Below are positions 55,223 through 64,000 of a stretch of 64,000 nucleotides of DNA, in pieces. The DNA comes from Octopus vulgaris (Eukaryota). The notes under the pieces are model-generated. The model ran no database searches. It was given only the letters and a program-made list of their open reading frames with translations, and was not told the DNA's origin. The position numbers were made by a program, and so were the translations under genes. Each line of letters opens with the position of its first letter. Position 1 is the first letter of the stretch. The stretch is taken from positions 31,868,001 through 31,932,000 of the forward strand of contig OX597829.1 of NCBI GenBank assembly GCA_951406725.2, written 5' to 3'.

Positions 55223-55799
55223 CTATATATATATAAGTTCAGCAAAATTTACATTCAGATGAATATGGTACTTTGGTATGGTATTATCCATATAAATCAA
55301 ATGGGGTGATTATAATCAAAATAAGCAACAAGGATATCCTTGTTGCTTATTTTGATTATATATATATATATATATATATATATGCGTGTGTGTGTTTATA
55401 TTCTTTTTTATTCTTTTATTTGTTTCAGTCATTTGACTGCAGCCATGCTGGTACATCACCTTTAGTCGAACAAATCAACCCCAGGACTTATTCTTTGTAA
55501 GCCTGGTACTTATTCTATCGTTCTCTTTTGCCATACCACTAAGTTACAGGGATGTAAACACACCTACATCGGCTGTCAAGTGATGTTGGGGGTGGGGGAC
55601 AAACAGACACACATATACACAATGGGCTTCTTTCAGTTTCCATGTACCAAATCCTCTCACAAGGCCTTGGTCAGCCCGAAGCTATAGTAGAAGACACTTG
55701 CTCAAGGTGCCACACAGTGGGACTGAACCTGGAACCATGTTGTTAGTAAGCAAGCTACCTACCACACAGTCACTCCTGCACCTATGTGTGTGTGTGTAG

Positions 55800-56285
55800 G
55801 AGAAGTTTCAGGTGCAGAAGCAAGGTCTAGAATCGAAGAGCCTTAGACTCATTCTAGTAAAAGCCAAAGTCTTAATAAGTAAGAAGGTAGACAAACTACA
55901 AATCCCTTCAGGTAGATGACCCTGCTCAATCTGTAGAAAGAGCATAGGTAGAAACTCCATAAAATGTCCCTGGTGTAAGCTATCGACATATAAGAGGTGC
56001 AGCAACATCAGAGGAAGATAGATTTTGTGTGTGGCAAATGCTCAGGGGCAATAAACACTGAAAATGTGCAGACAACAGCTTCTGTCACATTCCAGGGGGA
56101 AAAACTACAAGTAGTTGATAGCTTCCATTACCTTGGTGACCAGGTCAGTAACGGGAGTGGATGCTCTGAGAGTGTAGCTGCTAGAATAAGAATAGCCTGG
56201 GCAAAGTTCAGAGAGCTCCTGCCTCTTGCTGGTGACAAAGGGCCTTTCACTCAGAGTAAAAGGTAGATTGAATGACGCATGTGTG
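55800..56285 (+). mobile_element. RTE-type LINE fragment with PHD-like Cys cluster
   Basis: PCSICRKSIGRNSIKCPWCK..KRC followed by VVDSFHYLGDQVS..RIRIAWAKFRELLPL. Confidence 0.8.
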
Positions 56286-56861
56286 GACTTTGCATTTCAT
56301 TCTTTCAGGACTGATAAAATAAGTACCAAACATGGGGAGGGGAGGGCAATGTCAGCAACTAGCCCATTCCCAAGAATTTCAGGCTTTGTGCCTATATTAA
56401 AAAAGGATTAATATTATTGCTACTACTGTTATTAAGGTGATGAGTTGGCAGAATTGTTAGCACACCAGTCGAAATGCATAGTGGTATTTCACCCGTCTAT
56501 ACATTCTGAGTTCAAATTCTTTTGAGGTTGTCTTTGTCTTTCATCCTTTTAGGGTTGATAAAATAAATATCAATTAAACATTGCAGTTGGTGTAATCATC
56601 TTACCCCTCCACTAAAATTGCTTGCCTTGTACCAAAATTTGAAATCATCATCATCATCATCATCATTATTAAATGGATTTTTCCACAAACCCCAGGCTTT
56701 TGAAAAGTCTGACTACTCAACAAATATTTGATCCCGGCTCATTGTTCTTCTCTTTGTTCTTTCTATATTGATACCAGCCCTACCCTCATTTTAAGAAATC
56801 TGCAGACTCTATGTCAGGAGCTACTGATCTAGTTATTTTATATGTCTATGCCAAATCCTAT

Positions 56862-57273
56862 ACTCTTTACTCTTTTTACTCTTTTACTTGTTTCAGTCAT
56901 TTGACTGCGGCCATGCTGGAGCACCGCCTTTAATCGAGCAACTCGACCCCGGGACTTATTCTTTTGTAAGTCCAGTACTTATTCTATCGGTATCTTTGCC
57001 GAACCACTAAGTAACGGGGACATAAACACACCAGCATCGGTTGTCAAGCAATGCTAGGGAGACAAACACAGACATACAAACACATACATTCATATATATA
57101 TACATATATACGACGGGCTTCTTTCAGTTTCTGTCTACCAAATCCACTCACAAGGCTTTGGTCGCCCCGAGGCTATAGAAGAAGACACTTGCCCAAGGTG
57201 CCACGCAGTGGGACTGAACACGGAACCATGTGGTTGGTAAACAAGCTACTTACCACACAGCCACTCCTGTGCC
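56862..57273 (-). mobile_element. Full-length tRNA-derived SINE, same family as 35656-36052
   Basis: High-identity reverse complement of the 35656 copy, with CpGs largely retained. Confidence 0.9.
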
Positions 57274-57606
57274 TATCCCCATAATTATAATTTTTTTAGG
57301 CCTTATATAATATTTTCAGTAAAATTACTTTTTCTTAAGTCATTAATCATTGGTTAGGGTCACTTTCCTTTAAAGGAGCCACTGACCCTTTAACTAATCT
57401 AGCCTTTAGATATTCCTTTATTCTTTTACTTGTTTCAGTTGTTTGACTGCAACCATGCTGGAGCACCACCTTGAAGGATTCTAGTAGACCAAATCACCCT
57501 CAGGACTTATTTTTTAAGCTTAGTACTTATTCTATCAGTTTCTTTTGCCAAACCACTAAGTTACAGGGATGTAAACACCAACACTAGATGTCAAGCCATG
57601 ACAGAA

Positions 57607-57647
<41 letters not shown>

Positions 57648-59917
57648 TATATATATACGATGGGCTTCTTTCAGTTTCCGTCTACAAAATCTGCTCTCAA
57701 GGCTTTGGTTGGCCTGAGGCTATATTAGAAGACACTTACCATGCAGTGGAACTGAACCTGGAACTATGTGGTTGGAAAGGAAACTTCTTACCACAAAGTC
57801 AGAGAGGTTTTTTTCTTTTTAATAATTTGATACTCCATGAGATTTTTGTACTTTTGTGATTTTCTGAACTTCAAATACTTTAAATCCTTCATGGTGTTCT
57901 TGGAAAACATTATGATGTGTAGGCGTTGCCTAGAAAGCAGTCGTATGAAGAATATCTAGACCTTGAATCTCTTCAGATCAGTTTTCAAACTTCAAATTTC
58001 AATCGCTCTTACTGTTCATCTTGTATTTATCTTTACTACTCTTAGGTCATGTTTGAACACGTAATAATTGAGAAAAAAAACATATTTTGTATTCTTTTTC
58101 ACTGTTTTAATGCTGGTATGGATGAGATGATTTATTTGTCAGAGAAAGTGTTTTTACTTATATCTAAACTACTTAAATGTCAGCTAGCACTGAACTTTAG
58201 AAGCTATTGTATTTCAGTTAAGAAAATTGGGATGAACAGAGTTATGACTTTGCTCAGGATCACATCACAAGGACTGTATGTAGCAAACTTTGAACTCATA
58301 ATTGCAACATGCATTCATAATCTTATTTATATAAATTCTTTATTTTATGATTTGTGGCAAGAAAATGTGGGTTGGCTATGATTATCATTTTTTAAAAATT
58401 CTATTATCACTAAACTATCTATTTGGTTTATTTTGAAGTGTTGATCATCTGATTCTTCATACTTTATAGCTAAATGTCCAAATATTTTCTCTTCAGTTAT
58501 CCTTGATTTGAATTCAGTTAATAATCTCATATGAAGCATTATCAATATCACTTGTACATTTGCTAGACTCCACAATCTAAATTTAATCTTGTACTAGAAT
58601 TATTTGCCCCTATGTCTGAACACTCATTATTTTAAAGGGTTCAAGGAATTTTCGTTCTTTTACTGGTTTCAGTTATTTCACTACTGCCATGCTGGGGCAC
58701 CACCTTGAAAGAATTTTAGTCAAGCAAATTGACCCCAATACTTATTTTTTAAGCAGGACCACGTGGTTGGGAAGCAAGCTTCTTACCACACACAATGCCC
58801 GCACCTAGTATGTTTTTTCTTAAGTATTTTTTTTCTGTAATGTATTTCCCTCTGTAGTTGGCAAATCAAGAATTTTACATTCAGTATTCCAGAAATGTGG
58901 ATAAAGCATAGGTCTTTGATATTTTAGGCTTTTCTCTTCTTAATCTTCCAGTTGTCATTTTTGTTAACATAAAACTGAACTCTCTGGATATTTGTTTTAA
59001 TGCACACACCTGTATATAAATATATAAAGAGAGAGAGAGAGAGAGAGAGCAAGAGAAATATGCCTTTCATACTTCCAGGTTCATAAATTGGGATGCAGCT
59101 GTTTGGACACTGCTGATTTGTCACTGCTGGCTAGACACTGAACCTGTTTTGATGCCCTTACTTTTTGGCATAGGAGGCAACAGAGAGAATGAGAGCATTC
59201 TTACGCACAGAAGCAGAGAGAGAGAAGGGGCATGAGAGAGACCGAGAGAAACATTAAATGAATCTCTGACTGTTATTGATACAAAACACATCCCTATTTC
59301 ACTTATGCATAATGAAAACATTTGCATAAATAGTGTGAGTGAATACAAAGTGAAAGAGACAATATAATCAACTGGAATAGTTAAACTGGAATTATGTACA
59401 GTGAAAGATTATCTTGCATATAATAAAACAACAAATGGAGTGAGAGTGAATGACAGTCAGAGACACTAAATGCAGACAAACTGTATTAAAAGGTTTTGCT
59501 CTGGATTTACTGGTATTTTAATCAAAATAAAACTTGCAAATTTTTAGTGTAAATTGTATTTAGCTTATCAGTTTCACAAACACACACACACATGTATAAA
59601 TATATATATTTATATAAAATAGAGTAACGTAAAATAGTAGAGTATAGCTAGTGAAAAGATATTCTATAGTTTATTAATGTTATTCTTAAAGCTAAATTAT
59701 ATCTTCATAGCTAGATACATTTTTCTATCTGTTTACTCTATTTTTTACCTTACGTTTTTAATGTGATAAATGTATTATATGCACCTGTTTCTACTGTTTA
59801 AGTTTCAAATTTAGTTAATAGAGTTTCTTCTATAAGAACAATCATGATTTTATTTCTTTAAGAAATATTGTTTAATTCTATTTGATTATTTATGTAACTA
59901 TTATTGTTATTATTGTT

Positions 59918-60019
59918 GACCTGAGGAGTGACTATACTTTTAAATTGAATTGCTTTTTGATTAAATTTAAATTTAATTGTAATTCGAATTTAAATTATAG
60001 CCATGAAACATACATAGTC
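59918..60019 (+). ncRNA. Decayed type I hammerhead motif with 59-nt loop II
   Basis: GAC CTGAGGA GTGACTATA [59 nt] TATAGCCAT GAAA CATACA TA GTC. Stem III CATACA is what palindromic CGTACG becomes after two CpG transitions. Confidence 0.62.
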
Positions 60020-61124
60020 TTTTGACTTATTATATATTGTTTATTCATTTTTGTACTTTTTGTGATCTAGTTATATGTTTTATAATATATATATATTTTT
60101 AATGATTTGGTTTATGTCCATCATTGTTTGAATTGCATAATGGTTTTTCTCTAATTTATATATATTATATATATGTATATATGTAATATATATATACATA
60201 TATATATATACATATATATACATATATATACATTTATATATACACACACACAAACATCTATATATATATATACACATATATATATACATATATAGAAACA
60301 CACACACATATATATTATATACATATATATACACACACACACACACACACATTATGTGCATGATATTTTCAACCAGAGATTTTAGAACCATATCTAATTC
60401 TTCCATTGCTTCAATTCTGTATGTCTACATATATTTACTCAACTGCCAACATTTAGCAATAGTTTCTCTCATTGTTTTGATATGCCATTCTCTATCATTA
60501 ATAAAACTGTCAGCATTTTTGACCACACAGATATGCTAGTTACTGATAAAAAAAATATTACTATGCTATTTTTCTTGAAAAGGTAACTGTATTCAATTCT
60601 TCATTTGGTGATTATAAGTAATACTCCTTGGGTACTCAACAGCATTCATGTTTACAAAATTCGTAACAGTTTCATATATTCTTTTTGTCAGCACCTCTAT
60701 ATTTTTTGAGGTTTTGGGGTGGTTCATATCAAACTTATAAACATTCATAGTATGCATCTCTTCCTTTATGAATTTTACACCCATCTATTAATTTCTATAT
60801 CATTGGACATTCTTCTATCCATTTTGTGGTTTCAGCCAATAGATTGCAGTTAACAATGGATTACTTCTGAATGATTGTACAGTCTGCCCTGTTTAATTTT
60901 CTTTGGTGAGGATTCCTATTTCAGAGAAAGATAGGAAGATTTGGCTTTCACTTTCTTGTATGTTTTGATTATCAACACTTGTATTTTCAAATCAATTGAG
61001 AGCAAAGTCTGAAGTTCTAGTAGCAGCTTGGTTACAAGGGTATACATACATTTATCAATCTTGTACAAAGGTACAAAGGTTAAAGGGCAAACCTACACAA
61101 GTATGCTCCTCCCTGACTTAACTC

Positions 61125-61432
61125 ATGACTTTCAGGGGGAAAAATGGATATTTTTATGAAACTTTCTACAAATACCTTTCAGGTGATATAAATTATATCA
61201 AAGTTTAATACGAAAAAAAAAAAAGATTGGTGGACACACAGACATTTTGATACACATCTCACAATTTTCAAAATTTCAAGTTTCATTTTGTAGATGTGTT
61301 ATGTTTATCAGTATGTTGATGTATGTGCCCATCTATTTTTTTTCCACATAAATTCTGATATAATCATAATCTACACCATCTGAAAAGTATGAAAATTTCA
61401 TAAGAAATAGCCATTTTTCAGAAAGTTGTGAT
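61125..61432. mobile_element. Probable MITE
   Basis: Imperfect terminal inverted repeats GAAAAATGGATATTTTTATGAAACTTTC / GAAAATTTCATAAGAAATAGCCATTTTTC. Confidence 0.45.
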
Positions 61433-61444
61433 GAAACAGCTGAC

Positions 61445-62560
61445 TCATGTGAATTTGCCAAAACTTGTCTGTCCTTCTTGGAAAACTTTTTCATCACAAA
61501 TTTCTATATAGTCAGAATCTGCACTATCTGAAAAGTATTTGTAGAAAATCTCATTAAAAAATATCCTTTTCCTGAAAGTTATGAGGAAACAAAGACAAGG
61601 TGAGGTGTATATTTGTGTAGGTATGCCAGCAAGAGCAATAACTGTTTTTGCTTTCATTACAGTATCAGAATGAGTGTTGAATAAATAATTGAAACCCAAT
61701 TTAGCTATATACTTTTGCAGATTTTATGCTAAATGAAAAAACAACCCATTCTTTTATATAAACCACAGAGAATAGTTTCTTCACAACATTGTGTGAAGCT
61801 TGTGCAAAGTTGCATACAATTAAAGTTTGCCTTGAATTAGATTCACTTTCTTTCAACACTTGTCATGTATGCGGTGTACATAGTTTGTTTGACAAAAGAG
61901 CATATGTTATAGGGTGAACTCTGTTTTGCTTTTTTACCAAAATCTCAAAAATTTGAGAAAAGAGGCTACAAGCAATTCTGAATGTGCCATCTGCAAACCA
62001 TAAGATGACACTAAATGTTGAAGCCAGCTTACTCTTCTAATCACGATCTGGTCTACTTTCACACAATAAAATGATTTTAAAGCACAGTTGTGGGCTATAT
62101 ATATTGCATCATTCTAGCAAAATTGATTGTTGTAAATTGGTCTGATTAGTATGAAGTAAGGAGCATTGTTCTCTAAATTATGCTTTCTCATGTTTTTCTC
62201 AGAGCAGACATATCAGGAATAACAGCTAGACCAGCTTGAGATATGTTTGTCAAGCATTCATTTTGTAGCAACATTCAGAGACTTGAGTTTCTGCTGCTCT
62301 CTTTTTTTTTTAATTTGTTTTAAAATATTCTACTTCATTTTGTGCTGGTAAAGCTTCATGTGAATGGAAATTTAACATTTGTACCACTTCTCCAGGTTTT
62401 GTATATGGTATTGCTTTGCATTGATTTCTCTGTTCACTGTGTCAAAATTTCAGTTCACAGTCAGTTTCGCTTACCTTGTCAAAACAATTTAGAAGTCAGT
62501 TGAAAGATATGTTTTCTTTTCCGTGTTTTGTCAATATTTCACCAGCCACCATATACACAA
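61445..62560 (-). pseudogene. MULE (Mutator-like) transposase relic
   Basis: Minus-strand motifs LWFADGTFR (~61978-62003), PITYALLSNK (~61885-61915) and GCFFHL (~61730-61748). Confidence 0.72.
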
Positions 62561-63031
62561 AGTGAAACAGAAAGCTAAACAAAGTTTAGTGGTCAAGTAG
62601 TTTAGTAGTTGTAATTACAAGTTTGTTGTAAACTAGAATTAAAACAAAATTTTCGTGGAACCAAAAGAATGTGAATATGTAGGGGAGAATTTTTGTTAAA
62701 ACTGTAATTTATGACAGGTTCACTTTAAGCTTTTAGCATTTAAACAGGACTTTTTGCCTCAAATATTCTACCTGTTTTATATAAAAACTTGTGAGATCCT
62801 GCTACTCATACACGTCCTAAAATGTCATTCTAAAAATATACACTCACATTATCAAATTCTCAAAGCTATGAGAATGATTAATTCAAAATAATGTGAATTA
62901 ATAAGCATTAAATTTGACAGAGTTCTCTGAATACCAAACAGGTAATATTTCAAAAACATGTTTATCTTCTACATATATGCATTAGTTGCTCTGTGCTGGT
63001 TTTCATTAAGAAAATCAAATTTACTGCATAA

Positions 63032-63032
<1 letters not shown>

Positions 63033-63106
<74 letters not shown>
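63033..63106. repeat. (TG)n microsatellite
   Basis: Long pure dinucleotide run. (TA)n, (CA)n, (GA)n and (GATA)n tracts occur throughout, e.g. (TA)n at ~51923-52016. Confidence 0.98.
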
Positions 63107-63110
<4 letters not shown>

Positions 63111-64000
63111 GTAGATAAGTAGATGCCATCATGCTTTTCTAATTAATCAAAGTGTGAGATTTGGCAGAGGCCCAAGAATTTATTTATCTGCATGTAAAAG
63201 CATATGATATGTGTGTTTGTTTTTCTGCAAAATATATAGTTAAATTACAATTTTTTAAATGTTTTTTTTTTCCTTCTCAATATCATATTTAAAATAATAT
63301 TATATCATTCTTGTCCTAAAGTCTCTGAATCTAAGTAATCTGCAAATGATACATTTCTTTCTGCTACAGAATATTATGAAAGCATTTCCAAAGATACCTA
63401 AGTATTCAGGCATGACTGTATGCTCAAGAAGTTTGATTCCTAACTAAATGGTTACAGTTCCATCCCAATGTGCAGCATCTAAAGCAAGTATCTTCTACTC
63501 CAGCTCTGGCTGACTTAAGACCTGTCAATGGATTTGGTAGATAGAAACTGTAAGAAACCCATTGTGCATGGGTGATACTTATAAATGAGCCTCACTGTCA
63601 TGTGAGTGGTGTCCTTTGTTTCCAATATTCAGTGAAAACATGTCTGGCCTTGAGGAAATATTACTTTGCTTGGAAACAGGTGAGGGTTGGCAATAAGAAG
63701 GGTATCTGGTTATAGAAATGTACCTCAGCGAATTCTGTCTAACCCATGTGTATCAAATGGAATTTTTTGAAGTGAGCATTAAAACAATGATGAAAATGAT
63801 AATGATTTCAAAAGTAATCAGTGGTGGAAAATACCTAAGCTAGATATTTATATATATTATTTATCTAGAGCATCACCCTTACCCTTGTAGCAAGTAGTGA
63901 AAAGAAATTATTTAATGTTAGCCTATATCTTACTCTATATGTAGAGAAAAATTAAATAAGAATTACTTGTATTAAGGGCTTACAACAGACTTTGATTAAA

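Noticed and set aside
57800-58620. Possible host exon or transposase (ORFs 58049-58381, 58345-58575; also 60593-60784)
   Set aside because: No motif could be assigned with confidence. Probably decayed transposon coding sequence; a profile search is needed.

Overview
This is AT-rich eukaryotic genomic DNA, dense in microsatellites and transposons. The SINE/LINE families look like those of Octopus (cephalopod); that assignment is an inference from repeat recognition. The only clear host gene is the 5' part of a ubiquitin-conjugating enzyme E2 K (UBE2K/HIP2) on the minus strand. Coding exon 1 is at 31201-31263 and exon 2 at 452-604, separated by a ~30.6 kb intron; the gene continues off the left edge. 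The rest is a mosaic of decayed mobile DNA: tRNA-derived SINEs, RTE, CR1-like and RLE-type LINE fragments, Penelope-like (GIY-YIG) retroelements, two or three mariner relics, a MULE relic, a Merlin-like MITE, a Helitron Rep/helicase relic and non-autonomous Helitrons. Nearly all ORFs in the supplied track are microsatellite or repeat noise. The most notable unannotated signal is a set of type I hammerhead-ribozyme motifs inside short, non-coding elements set in (TA)n tracts. One is an intact minimal hammerhead (51655-51695, minus strand). Two others have 59-92 nt inserts in loop II (50765-50891 and 59918-60019), and there are weaker candidates. Together they suggest several lineages of non-autonomous, Penelope-dependent, retrozyme-like elements. 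No folding, alignment or database search was run; all structures were read by eye.
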